From contig NZ_CP011041.1 in NCBI RefSeq assembly GCF_002310835.1, positions 1,770,001-1,802,000 of the forward strand: DNA of 32,000 nt, read 5' to 3'. Both the position numbers and the translations under genes were made by a program. This document shows positions 9,376-19,820 of the stretch, one piece after another. The notes under the pieces were generated by a model, which ran no database searches, was not told where the DNA came from, and saw only the letters and a program-made list of their open reading frames with translations. Each line of letters begins with the position of its first letter. Positions within the stretch are counted from its first letter, which is position 1. The DNA is from Pseudoalteromonas tetraodonis (GTDB lineage Bacteria; Pseudomonadota; Gammaproteobacteria; Enterobacterales; Alteromonadaceae).

Positions 9376-11004
9376 ATGAAACGTTATTTTTCTTTGACCC
9401 TAATAACAACGGCAATTTTAGCCGGTTGTGCAACAACAAGTATCACATCTGATGATGTCGCTAAAGGCTACAACAGCATTCAAGCGGATGAAATTGCTAA
9501 GCATGTAAAAGTGTTAGCTTCTGATGAATTTGGTGGACGTGCTCCTTCATCTGAAGGTGAAAAGCTTACGCTTGATTACTTAACAAAAGAATTTACTGCT
9601 TTAGGCTTTGAGCCGGGTAATGGCGACAGCTTTTTCCAAGAAGTGCCGCTTGTATCGTTAGAAGCAGACTCTGATATGGTGCTTAATATTGGCGATAAAG
9701 ACTACCAATACAAAAAAGACATGGTTATGGGTAGTAGCCGTATTAGTGCGCAAGAAGGAATTGAAAACTCGGAGCTTGTATTTGTGGGCTACGGTGTTAA
9801 CGCACCTGAATATAACTGGAATGATTACGAAGGCCTAGATGTTAAAGGTAAAACCGTTGTTATGCTGGTAAACGATCCGGGTTTTGCAACTAAAGATCCT
9901 GCTTTATTCACCGGCGATGCAATGACCTATTACGGGCGTTGGACTTACAAATACGAAGAAGCAAGCCGTCAAGGTGCTGCAGGCGCTATTATTATTCATG
10001 AAACTGCTCCAGCGTCTTACCCTTGGTCTGTGGTTGAGAACTCATGGAGTGGCGAGCAATTTGGTTTCGTAAAAGAAAACAATAATATGGACCGTGTTGC
10101 TGTTGAAGGTTGGGTTACTGTTGATGTAGCAAAAGAGCTTTTTTCTAAAGCAGGCCTTGATTTTGAAACCGCCAAAGCAAACGCTGCCAAAGGTGCTTAC
10201 CATGTTGATATGGGCGATTTAACAGCCACTGTGAATGTAAAGAACACCATCAAAAAATCGGTATCTTATAACTTTATTGCCACTCTTCCTGGTAGTAAAA
10301 CACCCGATGAGCATATTATTTACTCTGCGCATTGGGATCATTTAGGAACGGATAAAAACCGTAAAGGCGATCAAATTTATAACGGCGCACACGATAACGC
10401 AACAGGTACAGCCGGTATGATAGAAGTTGCCGAAGCCTTTACCAAACTAGGTAAACGCCCTGACCGTTCAATGACCTTTTTAGCGGTAACCGCTGAAGAG
10501 CAAGGTTTATTAGGCTCGAAATATTATGCTGCGAATCCAGTTATTCCAGCTAATAAAACCGTTGCAAATATTAATATGGACAGCTTAAACCTATTAGGTA
10601 AAGTAAAAGATATTAGTGTGGTGGGTATTGGTAAATCACAAATGGATGAGCTATTAGCAACTGCGGCCAAAGAGCAAGGCAGAACAGTATCGGGCGACCC
10701 TAAACCATCTTCAGGTGGTTACTACCGCTCAGATCACTTTGCCTTTGCTAATATGGGTGTTCCTGCCATGTATGCCGGTGGCGGTACACAAGCGTTTGAT
10801 GAAGAAACTGCAAATTACCGTAAGCGTATGAGCTTAGTACTGCGTGGTTGTTACCACCAACCTTGTGATAGATACCGTGATGAGTGGGATTTATCAGGTG
10901 CGGTTCAAGATTTACAATTATTTTATAAAGTAGGTTTTGATATTTCACAACAAACTCTGTGGCCTACGTGGAATGAAAACTCAGAGTTTCAACGTAAAAA
11001 GTAA
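9376..11004 (+). CDS. M28-family zinc aminopeptidase lipoprotein with PA domain
   Basis: Lipobox ILAGC in MKRYFSLTLITTAILAGCATT. M28 metal ligand motifs HWDHLG, HDNATGTAG, TAEEQGLLGS, NMDS, YRSDHFAF. Confidence 0.85.
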   Translation: MKRYFSLTLITTAILAGCATTSITSDDVAKGYNSIQADEIAKHVKVLASDEFGGRAPSSEGEKLTLDYLTKEFTALGFEPGNGDSFFQEVPLVSLEADSDMVLNIGDKDYQYKKDMVMGSSRISAQEGIENSELVFVGYGVNAPEYNWNDYEGLDVKGKTVVMLVNDPGFATKDPALFTGDAMTYYGRWTYKYEEASRQGAAGAIIIHETAPASYPWSVVENSWSGEQFGFVKENNNMDRVAVEGWVTVDVAKELFSKAGLDFETAKANAAKGAYHVDMGDLTATVNVKNTIKKSVSYNFIATLPGSKTPDEHIIYSAHWDHLGTDKNRKGDQIYNGAHDNATGTAGMIEVAEAFTKLGKRPDRSMTFLAVTAEEQGLLGSKYYAANPVIPANKTVANINMDSLNLLGKVKDISVVGIGKSQMDELLATAAKEQGRTVSGDPKPSSGGYYRSDHFAFANMGVPAMYAGGGTQAFDEETANYRKRMSLVLRGCYHQPCDRYRDEWDLSGAVQDLQLFYKVGFDISQQTLWPTWNENSEFQRKK

Positions 11005-11021
11005 CTACTGCGCCAACACTC

Positions 11022-11042
11022 AAATGATATTGATTATCATTT
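11022..11042. promoter_or_regulatory. Fur-box candidate AAATGATATTGATTATCATTT
   Basis: Near-perfect 21-bp palindrome. The core AATGATATTGATTATC matches 14 of 16 positions of the AATGATAATCATTATC part of the classical Fur box. It overlaps a possible promoter (TAAAAT at 11045..11050), about 48 bp upstream of ATG 11090. Confidence 0.6.
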
Positions 11043-11089
11043 AATAAAATAGTACAGTGCGATCTCATTCTTTAATTAGGTCGTACTGT

Positions 11090-12259
11090 ATGTTTTTAAC
11101 ATCCCATTTAGGAGTTATTTCGCCAGCTGCAAAACGTGTTTTTCATCAAAATAAACGCCTAATTTTACCTCTGTTAATTTTAGTCTGTCTAGCCCTGCCC
11201 GATTTACGCACCATAACAATTACTGCACTCAGTGATGCTTTTTTTCAAGTGAGTGTGTTTGTTGCTGCGACCTTATTTATTTACTACTACGCGATTGATC
11301 ATTTACCCCAACTAGAGCTTCGTTACCTAAATGCTAAGTCACCGGTATTAGAGGTCAGCTTTGCTGCTTTTTTAGGCATGTTACCAGGCTGTGGTGGCGC
11401 GATTATTGTGGTGACTCAATTTACAAAAGGCCAAGCTAGCTTTGGCGCAATTGTGGCTGTATTAACGGCGACTATGGGTGATGCCGCGTTTTTATTATTA
11501 GCGACTCGCCCTACCGAGGGTTTAACCATCATGGCAATAGGGTTTGTGGTTGGTTCTGTAACGGGTTTAATCGTCAACACACTTCATAAAACAGGCTACT
11601 TATGCCCAACTGATCAAAAGCACACACCACAGATTACCCTTTTACCGACGAAGATAATTACGCTCAGTAAGCCTATTTGGTACATCGCTATTATTCCGGG
11701 GTTACTCATTGCCTTTTTACTCGCTTTTAATATTGATTTGAGCCAATTTGGGCAGTACACCACATTCACTGTTACTCATTTTGGCGCATTAATGGCGTTG
11801 TTTGTCGTATTTATGTGGGCGTTATCTTCAAAAGGTGAAAGCTATAAAGAAGTAACCTCAGAAGATGATATATGCAGTCCACCTTCAAAACTCACAAAAG
11901 TACTGCAAGATACTCATTTTGTAACCGCGTGGGTGGTTGCCTCCTTTATATTATTTGAACTACTGGTGACAGTGTTTGGCCTTGACTTAAAAACATGGTT
12001 TTTAAATTATGCTTATATGGCCCCGCTCATAGCGGTATTAATTGGTTTTTTACCTGGCTGTGGCCCGCAAATAATTGTTACCACTTTATATATTCAAGGG
12101 GTTATTCCGTTTAGCGCATTAGCGGCCAATGCCATTTCCAACGATGGCGATGCGCTTTTCCCAGCCATTGCCATGACACCTAAAGCGGCTATTATTGCCA
12201 CGCTATATACCGCTATTCCAGCATTAATGGTTGGTTATGGCCTGTATTTTCTGAGCTAA
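11090..12259 (+). CDS. Polytopic inner-membrane permease with duplicated PGCG motif (family annotated as putative manganese/heavy-metal transporter, ArsP-like)
   Basis: About 10 predicted TM helices. Two homologous halves carry GMLPGCGGAIIVVTQF and GFLPGCGPQIIVTTLY. The ORF track starts at GTG 11057. I prefer ATG 11090 (MFLTSHLG...), but the start is uncertain. Confidence 0.7.
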   Translation: MFLTSHLGVISPAAKRVFHQNKRLILPLLILVCLALPDLRTITITALSDAFFQVSVFVAATLFIYYYAIDHLPQLELRYLNAKSPVLEVSFAAFLGMLPGCGGAIIVVTQFTKGQASFGAIVAVLTATMGDAAFLLLATRPTEGLTIMAIGFVVGSVTGLIVNTLHKTGYLCPTDQKHTPQITLLPTKIITLSKPIWYIAIIPGLLIAFLLAFNIDLSQFGQYTTFTVTHFGALMALFVVFMWALSSKGESYKEVTSEDDICSPPSKLTKVLQDTHFVTAWVVASFILFELLVTVFGLDLKTWFLNYAYMAPLIAVLIGFLPGCGPQIIVTTLYIQGVIPFSALAANAISNDGDALFPAIAMTPKAAIIATLYTAIPALMVGYGLYFLS

Positions 12260-12288
12260 ATCAGTCTAGCTTTTATTTATTTAGTTAT

Positions 12289-12316
12289 AAAAAAACCAGC
12301 TAGTTGCTGGTTTTTT
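12289..12316. terminator. Bidirectional rho-independent terminator between the convergent permease gene and bkd E2
   Basis: CCAGC-TAGTT-GCTGG hairpin flanked by A7 and T6. Confidence 0.8.
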
Positions 12317-12339
12317 AATTTATAAATGAATATAAAGAC

Positions 12340-13908
12340 TTAGCGCATAGCCATCATCATTTTAGCTGGCTGCTCTAAGTATTCTTTCCATAAATTATTA
12401 AAGCGCGCGATAGTGCCGCCATCAATTACACGGTGATCCCCTGACCAACTTACTTGCATAATTGCACGCGATACCACTTGCCCTTGCTCGTCAAAGCGCG
12501 GAAGGTGCTGTAATTTACCTAAGGCAACAATCGCCACTTCTGGCTTATTAATAATTGGTGTAGCTATAGTGCCACCAATCGCACCAATATTAGAAATACT
12601 AATAGTACCGCCTTTTAAATCATCTGGTGCTACGCGGCCTTCTCGAGCTGAGTCAGTTAATTGCGTTAAATTATTAGCCACCTCTACAATACTCTTAGTT
12701 TGGCAGGCTTTAATATTTGGTACTAATAAGCCCACTTTAGAGTCCACTGCAACCCCAATATTGTGATCATCGTAGTAGGTAATTTCACTGCAATCATCGT
12801 TTAGTTTTGAGTTGAGTACCGGGAATTCAGTCATTGCCAACGATAACGCCTTAATAAAGAACGGCATCATAGTTAACTTAACACCCTGTGCTTTATATTG
12901 CTCTTTAAGATCAGTTCGAAGTGCAATTAAATCAGTTAAGTCAATTTCATCACTGTAGGTAAAATGTGGAATAGTAGAAACCGACGCCACCATTTGTTTT
13001 GCCATGGCCGCTTTAATGCCTTTAATTACTTCTGTTCGCGTTCCACCCGCGCTAGTTGCGTGTTCAGTACTACGAGTGTTTTTACTCTGGGTAGTTTGTG
13101 GCTTGTTAAGCTCAGAGGTATCCATGCCAGATGGCACTTCATTTTTTATAAACGCTTCAATATCTTGTTTATAAATACGGCCATTTTTACCACTGCCTGG
13201 TACGCAGGTTAAATCAACGTCAAGCTCACGCGCCTTACGCCTAACCGCCGGTGATGCAACCGCTTTTTCATTAACTATCGCAGTTTGCGTTTGCTTAGCA
13301 GGTGCGTCTGACGTTGCGTTACTTTGTGCTTTTACAACTGCTTGGTTAACATCAACGTCTTCTTTTGCGACTTGCCCTGCAACCGTCATTTGAAATAATG
13401 GGCTATGCACCTTTGCAATTTCACCTTTTTGATAATACAGCTTTTGCACTGTACCGGTGTATTTAGCCGGTATTTGTACTAATGCTTTATCGGTCATTAC
13501 ATCACAAACGGCTTGGTCTTCTTCTATTTCATCGCCCTCTGCCACTAACCATTCAACAATTTCACACTCAACAATACCTTCACCAATGTCGGGTAAAATA
13601 AAGTCTTCTAAGTGTTCACGAGCACTTGTTGGTGAAGAAGCTGTTTGAGTCTCTTCACTAGGCGCTTCACCGGCAACATCCATTGCAAATAACGGCGCAT
13701 GTACTTTAGCAATATCGCCTTTTTTACAATGCAGCTTAGTGATCACCCCATCGTGTACCGCTGGAATTTGCACTAAGGCTTTATCTGTCATCACATCACA
13801 AATAGGCTGATCTTCTTTTACAGTGTCGCCTTCTTGTACCAGCCATTCGACTACTTCGCATTCAACTATGCCTTCACCAATGTCGGGTAATATAAAATCT
13901 TTAGCCAT
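12340..13908 (-). CDS. bkdB: Branched-chain 2-oxoacid dehydrogenase E2 (dihydrolipoyl transacylase) with two lipoyl domains
   Basis: 522 aa. Two lipoyl domains with DVMTDKA lipoyl-lysine motifs, a peripheral subunit-binding domain (SPAVRRKARELDVDL), and a catalytic domain with SWSGDHRVIDG. Last gene of the E1alpha-E1beta-E2 operon. Confidence 0.9.
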   Translation of the reverse strand: MAKDFILPDIGEGIVECEVVEWLVQEGDTVKEDQPICDVMTDKALVQIPAVHDGVITKLHCKKGDIAKVHAPLFAMDVAGEAPSEETQTASSPTSAREHLEDFILPDIGEGIVECEIVEWLVAEGDEIEEDQAVCDVMTDKALVQIPAKYTGTVQKLYYQKGEIAKVHSPLFQMTVAGQVAKEDVDVNQAVVKAQSNATSDAPAKQTQTAIVNEKAVASPAVRRKARELDVDLTCVPGSGKNGRIYKQDIEAFIKNEVPSGMDTSELNKPQTTQSKNTRSTEHATSAGGTRTEVIKGIKAAMAKQMVASVSTIPHFTYSDEIDLTDLIALRTDLKEQYKAQGVKLTMMPFFIKALSLAMTEFPVLNSKLNDDCSEITYYDDHNIGVAVDSKVGLLVPNIKACQTKSIVEVANNLTQLTDSAREGRVAPDDLKGGTISISNIGAIGGTIATPIINKPEVAIVALGKLQHLPRFDEQGQVVSRAIMQVSWSGDHRVIDGGTIARFNNLWKEYLEQPAKMMMAMR

Positions 13909-13916
13909 GGAAGCCC

Positions 13917-14894
13917 CTAAAAGTTCACTGATTGTTTAATTGCGGCCATTACTTTTAATGCATCTGGAACATATTCTTTTTCGAGCGCCAGCGGGTATGG
14001 CGTATCTAAACCACACACACGTAAAATAGGCGACTCTAAATGCAGAAAACACTCTTGAGCGATGGTTGCGGCTATTTCTGCGCCAAAACCGTTAGTAATA
14101 GGTGCTTCATGACTAACAATAAGACGGCCTGTTTTAGTAACTGATTTAGCAATCGTTTCAACATCCCATGGTAAAATACTGCGAAGGTCAATCACTTCAC
14201 AGCTAATGCCCTGTTCACTGGCTTGCTTTGCCGCTGCTTCTATAATTTCCATTTGTGCACCCCACGCTAATAAAGTAACGTCAGTACCCTCTTGAACCAC
14301 TTCAGCTTTACCAAGTTCAATGCTGTAATCTTCTTCAGGCACTTCACCAGTTGAAGCGCGGTATAAACGTTTGGGCTCAAAAAATAGCACTGGGTTGTCG
14401 TCTTTAATACAGGCACGCAGTAAGCCTTTAGCTTGGTACGGGTTACGCGGCACGACAATTTTTAACCCTGGCGTGTGAGCAAAGTACGCTTCTGGCGATT
14501 GCGAGTGATACAAACCACCAGCAATACCGCCACCGTAAGGTGTACGAATCGTTAGATTACCCACATTAAACTCATTACCACTACGATAACGAAACTTAGC
14601 CGATTCATTCACAATTTGATCAAACGCAGGAAAGATGTAATCAGCAAATTGAATCTCTGCCAATGCAGGTGCACCAAAGGCTGCCAAACCATTTGCAAAG
14701 CCTAAAATACCTTGCTCTGTGAGCGGGGTATTGAATACGCGATGCTTACCGTACTTTTCTTGTAACCCTGATGTTGCTCTAAAAACACCGCCAAAATAAC
14801 CCACGTCTTCACCAAAAATACACGCTTGAGGATGTTCATTCATGGTGATATCTAAAGCAGAATTAATTGCATGTAGCATGTTCATTTTAGCCAT
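13917..14894 (-). CDS. bkdA2: Branched-chain 2-oxoacid dehydrogenase E1 beta subunit
   Basis: 325 aa. Transketolase-like pyrimidine-binding and C-terminal domains ([26 protein letters not shown]). The start overlaps the E1alpha stop (TAATG). Confidence 0.9.
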   Translation of the reverse strand: MAKMNMLHAINSALDITMNEHPQACIFGEDVGYFGGVFRATSGLQEKYGKHRVFNTPLTEQGILGFANGLAAFGAPALAEIQFADYIFPAFDQIVNESAKFRYRSGNEFNVGNLTIRTPYGGGIAGGLYHSQSPEAYFAHTPGLKIVVPRNPYQAKGLLRACIKDDNPVLFFEPKRLYRASTGEVPEEDYSIELGKAEVVQEGTDVTLLAWGAQMEIIEAAAKQASEQGISCEVIDLRSILPWDVETIAKSVTKTGRLIVSHEAPITNGFGAEIAATIAQECFLHLESPILRVCGLDTPYPLALEKEYVPDALKVMAAIKQSVNF

Positions 14895-16108
14895 TACTTA
14901 ATTCTCCCTGCTGTTGTTGGGTAGGCGTCTGGATGTGCTTTTATATGCGTTTTAAGTTCATCATATTGACGTTGTAAAGATGGAATTGGCGTATCGTAAA
15001 CATCTGAAATTAGCTCTTCTAACGCCGGCTTATCAATTACTTCAGCACGTTTTAGTGCCGCTAAAATATCATCACGAATTGTTTCTTTCGCTTTGATATC
15101 TTCTGCGTCATCTAACCAATTTTGTTTTACTAACCATTTTCTAAAGCGCTCAATTGGGCATGTTTTATAGTTTGCTTCTTCATCTTTTGAACGGTAACCG
15201 CTTGGATCATCTGATGTTGAATGCGCACCTAAACGATACGCTATCGATTCAATTAATACCGGTTCACCTTGTGTTGCAGCAATTTCGCGGGCTTTTTTAG
15301 TAGCCGCGTAAACGGCGAGCGCATCACTGCCATCAACACGAATAGTTTTAATACCATAACCCACACCACGCGATGCAATCCCATCGCCTTTAAATTGCTC
15401 ATCGGCTGGGGTTGAAATAGCATAACCATTGTTACGTGCAAAAAAGATAACCGGTGCTTTATGTACTGCAGCCATATTTAAGCCTGCATGAAAATCACCT
15501 TCTGAAGCAGCCCCTTCACCAAAATAACAAATAGTAACGTTATCAATAGTACTTGCTAGTTCACCTGTTTTAGCATCAATGTGTTTTACTTTTTGACCAT
15601 ATGCGTAACCCGTAGCCTGTGGGATTTGTGTTCCCAAAGGTGATGAAATGGTCATGTAGTTAAGTGCTTTAGAACCATAATGGATCGGCATTTGACGGCC
15701 TTTACCTAAATCTAATTCATTAGAAAACATTTGGTTCATAAATTGATCAAGGGTAAAACCACGATAGTGTAAGGCTGCTTGTTCACGATATTGCGCCATG
15801 ATCATGTCATCTTGTTCAAGGGCTGCAGCAGAGGCTGTTACCGCCGCTTCTTCTCCTAAACACTGCATGTAAAAGCTAACACGCCCTTGGCGTTGAGCAC
15901 CCTGCATACGTTCATCCAATAAACGAATAAAACGCATGGTTTCGTATAATTTAATAGCGGTGTGTTTAGAAATATCAGGTGCAGGAGCACTAGGATGAAT
16001 GTCGCCGTCCTCAGTTAAAATACTCAGGGTTGGAATATTAAGTGCGTGGCCGTCAATAAACTCAAGCTCATGATTAATATTCAGCGATACGTTATTGGGA
16101 TTACTCAT
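14894..16108 (-). CDS. bkdA1: Branched-chain 2-oxoacid dehydrogenase E1 alpha subunit (TPP-dependent)
   Basis: 404 aa. TPP-binding motif [19 protein letters not shown]...NNGYAIS. First gene of the operon. Confidence 0.9.
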   Translation of the reverse strand: MSNPNNVSLNINHELEFIDGHALNIPTLSILTEDGDIHPSAPAPDISKHTAIKLYETMRFIRLLDERMQGAQRQGRVSFYMQCLGEEAAVTASAAALEQDDMIMAQYREQAALHYRGFTLDQFMNQMFSNELDLGKGRQMPIHYGSKALNYMTISSPLGTQIPQATGYAYGQKVKHIDAKTGELASTIDNVTICYFGEGAASEGDFHAGLNMAAVHKAPVIFFARNNGYAISTPADEQFKGDGIASRGVGYGIKTIRVDGSDALAVYAATKKAREIAATQGEPVLIESIAYRLGAHSTSDDPSGYRSKDEEANYKTCPIERFRKWLVKQNWLDDAEDIKAKETIRDDILAALKRAEVIDKPALEELISDVYDTPIPSLQRQYDELKTHIKAHPDAYPTTAGRIK

Positions 16109-16219
16109 AACCTACCTTCTTTTGTTGTCGGTATCACAGCGCCCCTTTGGATTATTATTATGGGTGATAGTTGCTGAATAAACTTTGCAACATCTGCACT
16201 GTATTTAATTAAAGCTGCC

Positions 16220-16245
16220 AACACTTTACGTTAACGTAAAGTGTT
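16220..16245. promoter_or_regulatory. Perfect 26-bp palindrome AACACTTTACGTTAACGTAAAGTGTT, an operator candidate for the bkd operon
   Basis: Every position is self-complementary. On the bkd-coding strand it fills the 17-nt spacer and -10 of a candidate promoter TTGAAT(16251..16246)-N17-TAAAGT. It lies 112-137 bp upstream of the bkdA1 ATG. It shares the TTnACGTnnACGTnAA core with the etf sites. Confidence 0.65.
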
Positions 16246-16373
16246 ATTCAACAAAACTGTGACCAAAGAAAAGTAAATAATGAGCAAAAAACTGGCAAGT
16301 TAACTATACATATAATTAACCACTTATTAATCAGTTGGTTAAAGTTTCATAACAAGTGGTCTGATGTGTTGAT

Positions 16374-17426
16374 TTAGCTAAAGCGGCTATCCACTTGCAT
16401 AGGGACTACTGTAAGTAATGCACGTTGCCCAATGGCAACCTGTGCGTTAGGAAAAATAATTGCTTCCCCTTCTACGTCGGCATATATGGCATTATCGCCA
16501 TCGGTGGCTAAAAGCTCACCCTTTGCAAACCCTGTAAAATTCTCGGCATCGTCAGAAAACGGAAAACTAAAGTTTTGCTCTGTTCGGTTAATAGTTCGAT
16601 GAACAGAAAACAACTCAAAGTCGCTTGCATTAAATTCTGGGTATTTTACTTCTTTTTGGCTAATTAATGCAGTTAGAGTTTGTTTTGTTTTTGCAAAACG
16701 AGTCATATCATTTTCACCAAAGGGTTTCACTTGCCCAAGCTCTACAGTAAATGAGTCGGCACCATGCACAAACGACGAATAGTAGCTAAACGTGGTGGCT
16801 GGCGACTTCATCATCAATACTGTATTCACACCACAGCTTAATAAGAACTGCAGTTGCGACTTTTTCCAAGGCTTGCCATGTAAGAATGGGTAAACAGCAA
16901 ATTTTTCGTTTTTAGAACCGCGAATAGCGGTATGTAAATCATAATGACAGCGATACGTACCCTGCTCTGAACGGGCGTAAAAATCGCTAACATATTGCTC
17001 AAGTTTATCAGCGCGAACGCGTTCGTCGTTCATCGCTATACCATCGACAGTGTGGTGGCCGTTAAACAAGCGGTTTAAGTTCTCTTCTACAAATCGTTTA
17101 CCAATATTAATTGACTGAGGATTACCAAAAATAAATAAAACACGTTGCTGTAATTCAAGTTGCCCACTAATAATGTGTTTAATGAGTTCATCGCAAATTT
17201 CAATGGGGGCTGTTTCATTGCCATGAATGGCACTGGATAGCACCACATTTTTTGAGGTAACACAATCAGGCTCAAACTCAATCACACCGGTGTCATGCAC
17301 GGTTACTTTAGTCTGGTTGTTAAGCGTAAATTGACCTGCATCTAAATGCCATTCATGGTTTCGCGAAAGCGTTAAAAAATCACCATCTTGTTTTAATTGA
17401 TTAATATATTCTGCAGTGGCTGACAT
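16374..17426 (-). CDS. astE: Succinylglutamate desuccinylase (AstE/aspartoacylase zinc hydrolase family)
   Basis: 350 aa. Zinc-binding [12 protein letters not shown] motif and AstE-like overall length. It stands alone, with no other ast genes in the window. Confidence 0.75.
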   Translation of the reverse strand: MSATAEYINQLKQDGDFLTLSRNHEWHLDAGQFTLNNQTKVTVHDTGVIEFEPDCVTSKNVVLSSAIHGNETAPIEICDELIKHIISGQLELQQRVLFIFGNPQSINIGKRFVEENLNRLFNGHHTVDGIAMNDERVRADKLEQYVSDFYARSEQGTYRCHYDLHTAIRGSKNEKFAVYPFLHGKPWKKSQLQFLLSCGVNTVLMMKSPATTFSYYSSFVHGADSFTVELGQVKPFGENDMTRFAKTKQTLTALISQKEVKYPEFNASDFELFSVHRTINRTEQNFSFPFSDDAENFTGFAKGELLATDGDNAIYADVEGEAIIFPNAQVAIGQRALLTVVPMQVDSRFS

Positions 17427-17462
17427 AACGATAAAAGCCCTTTTTTTGTAAATTATAGATAC

Positions 17463-17491
17463 AAAAACGGCTGATAAAATCAGCCGTTTTT
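17463..17491. terminator. Bidirectional hairpin terminator downstream of pgm
   Basis: ACGGCTGAT-AAA-ATCAGCCGT hairpin flanked by A5 and T5. Confidence 0.8.
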
Positions 17492-17506
17492 AGTTGTAAT
17501 TGTATA

Positions 17507-19144
17507 TTAGCTAATCACTGAATCAACCAGTTTTTTAGCTTCTTTTTCTAATAAGGCTAAGTGCTCTTCGCCTTTAAATGATTCTAAGTAAATTTTATAA
17601 ATATCTTCCGTACCTGACGGACGCGCCGCAAACCAGCCGCTTTCAGTTACCACTTTTAGCCCACCAATAGCTGCATTATTACCTGGCGCATGAGTTAGCT
17701 TTTGTAAAATAGGCTCACCCGCTAAGGTATCTGCTTTTACGTCATCAGCACTGAGTGCTTTTAATCGCGACTTTTGCTCAGGCGTTGCTGGCGCATCTAG
17801 GCGTTTATAAAGTGGCGCACCAAACTCTTGCTCTAGTTCTTTATACAGCGCAGACGGTGTTTTACCTGTAACAGCAAGAATTTCAGCGGCGAGTAACCCC
17901 ATGATAAAGCCATCTTTATCTGTACACCAAACCGTGCCATCAAAACGTAAGAAAGCCGCTCCAGCGCTTTCTTCACCACCAAAGGCCAATTTGCCTTTGT
18001 TTAAACCCTCAACAAACCATTTAAAGCCAACGGGTACTTCTTTTACTTTACGCTTGTTGCGCTCAGTTACTTTGTCAATCATTGAGCTAGAAACAAGGGT
18101 TTTACCGATTTCAACACTGGCATCCCAATCACGATGCGTTAGTAAATAGTCAATCGCTACGGCTAAAAAGTGATTAGGATTCATTAACCCATCTGGTGTT
18201 ACTATGCCGTGACGGTCATAATCAGGGTCATTACCAATCGATAAATCAAAATCATCTTTAAGGGCAATTAAATTAGCCATTGAATAAGGTGATGAGCAAT
18301 CCATACGAATTTTGCCATCTTTATCAAGCGGCATAAATGCAAAACGTGGATCAACACTGTCATTAACGACCGTTAAATCTAAATTATATTTTTGCGCAAT
18401 CACTGGCCAAAAGTTAATGCCTGAGCCACCTAATGGATCAATACCAATCTTGATGCCTGCATCGCTAATCGCTTTTAAATTAATAATGTTTTTTAAATCA
18501 TCAATATAAGGCGTCATTAAATCTTCGTAGCGAATAAAACCAGAACGTGAAGCTTTAGCAAAAGGAAACAGTTCTACTTCAACTAAGTCTTCTAATAATA
18601 ATTGATTGGCTCTGTCTTCAATCCATTTTGTAACGTCTGTATCTGCAGGACCGCCATTGGGCGGGTTATATTTAAAACCGCCATCTTCTGGTGGATTATG
18701 AGATGGAGTCACTACAATGCCATCGGCAAGCTCATTAGGATGATTTTTATTATAACTAACAATAGCATGGCTAATAACTGGCGTTGGAGTAAAGTCACCA
18801 TTTTCTTGGGTGATCACTTGGACTTCATTAGCAACCAACACTTCAATTGCTGAGTTAAAGGCCGCCTCGCTCAGTGCGTGGGTATCTTTACCTAAAAATA
18901 ACGGACCAAATATATCGTTCTGTTTTCTGTAATCACAAATAGCTTGGGTGATTGATAATATGTGCGATTCGTTAAATTTTACATCGTAGGCACAGCCTCG
19001 GTGTCCTGAGGTACCAAATGCAACACAATGCTCGGGGTTTTGCTCTAAGTCAGGCTCATTTAAATAATACGCAGACACTAACTTTGGTACATTCACTAAA
19101 GCCGATTGTGGTGCAGTTTTACCTGCGCCGGAATGAATTGCCAT
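17507..19144 (-). CDS. pgm: Phosphoglucomutase (alpha-D-glucose phosphate-specific)
   Basis: 545 aa. Active-site serine loop [15 protein letters not shown], Mg loop [10 protein letters not shown]. Immediately downstream of seqA, as in E. coli. Confidence 0.95.
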   Translation of the reverse strand: MAIHSGAGKTAPQSALVNVPKLVSAYYLNEPDLEQNPEHCVAFGTSGHRGCAYDVKFNESHILSITQAICDYRKQNDIFGPLFLGKDTHALSEAAFNSAIEVLVANEVQVITQENGDFTPTPVISHAIVSYNKNHPNELADGIVVTPSHNPPEDGGFKYNPPNGGPADTDVTKWIEDRANQLLLEDLVEVELFPFAKASRSGFIRYEDLMTPYIDDLKNIINLKAISDAGIKIGIDPLGGSGINFWPVIAQKYNLDLTVVNDSVDPRFAFMPLDKDGKIRMDCSSPYSMANLIALKDDFDLSIGNDPDYDRHGIVTPDGLMNPNHFLAVAIDYLLTHRDWDASVEIGKTLVSSSMIDKVTERNKRKVKEVPVGFKWFVEGLNKGKLAFGGEESAGAAFLRFDGTVWCTDKDGFIMGLLAAEILAVTGKTPSALYKELEQEFGAPLYKRLDAPATPEQKSRLKALSADDVKADTLAGEPILQKLTHAPGNNAAIGGLKVVTESGWFAARPSGTEDIYKIYLESFKGEEHLALLEKEAKKLVDSVIS

Positions 19145-19153
19145 GGTCTTTCC

Positions 19154-19738
19154 TTAAAGATAATCACGAATTTTTTCAGCTTGCTCGTTGCTGTAGCCTA
19201 AACTAAGTGCAACTTCATGCAGCATCATTTTTTTACGCGTGGTATTAGAATTGGTCATCACCCAATATTCACTGTCAGTGATATTTTTTGGGTTCATACT
19301 ACTACCGCTATTCACTAAGTCTTCTTTACTGGTCGCGAAGTAAACACGATCGCGGCCTTTTATATCAAGCACCGCAGAGAAGTCTGTTTTGTGCGTTCGG
19401 TAAAATGCACTTAATATAAATAAGAAACGACCAACAACACCTTTTTGCATTGCCAGCTCTTCTTTATTTAAAATGTTAAATACGTTTGCATTTTTTTTAT
19501 TTACCGGCGGTTTTGCCACTTGGGTTGGCTGTTCAACGTCTGCTATAGGTTGTTCTAGTGATGAATTAGACACACTAACGGTTTCATTTTTATGATCAGT
19601 GTCTAGTTTAGTGGTGTTAATTTTTTCGCCGTTGAGATTTAATAAACGACGTAAAATAGTGGATGCACTCTCACCAATACTCTGTGTATTGCTTGCAATG
19701 TACTGATATAACTCGTCGTCTATGTCGATTTGTTTCAT
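19154..19738 (-). CDS. seqA: Replication-initiation negative modulator SeqA
   Basis: From ATG 19738 the product MKQIDIDDELYQYIASNTQSIGESASTILRRLL... aligns with E. coli SeqA ([33 protein letters not shown]). The ORF-track GTG at 19762 adds 8 residues and is less likely. Confidence 0.9.
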   Translation of the reverse strand: MKQIDIDDELYQYIASNTQSIGESASTILRRLLNLNGEKINTTKLDTDHKNETVSVSNSSLEQPIADVEQPTQVAKPPVNKKNANVFNILNKEELAMQKGVVGRFLFILSAFYRTHKTDFSAVLDIKGRDRVYFATSKEDLVNSGSSMNPKNITDSEYWVMTNSNTTRKKMMLHEVALSLGYSNEQAEKIRDYL

Positions 19739-19781
19739 GTTCTTCCTGTCATTACGGGTCACATTTTTCTTTCGATATGAT

Positions 19782-19813
19782 TATACCCAAATCACCTCAA
19801 GATGCGAGTTTCA
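19782..19813 (+). repeat. Copy A of a bipartite direct repeat TATACCCAA-N11-ATGCGAGTT
   Basis: TATACCCAAATCACCTCAAGATGCGAGTTTCA. 24 of 32 nt are identical to copy B at 20045..20076. The two conserved blocks sit at identical spacing. Confidence 0.6.
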
Positions 19814-19820
19814 GTTGGAA

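Noticed and set aside
16374-17426. Orphan astE next to the bkd operon as a possible functional link
   Set aside because: The genes are separated by a 265-bp spacer containing the bkd promoter and operator and a weak astE hairpin. An astE located apart from the other ast genes is, as far as I recall, common in marine gammaproteobacteria. Nothing in the sequence ties it to bkd.
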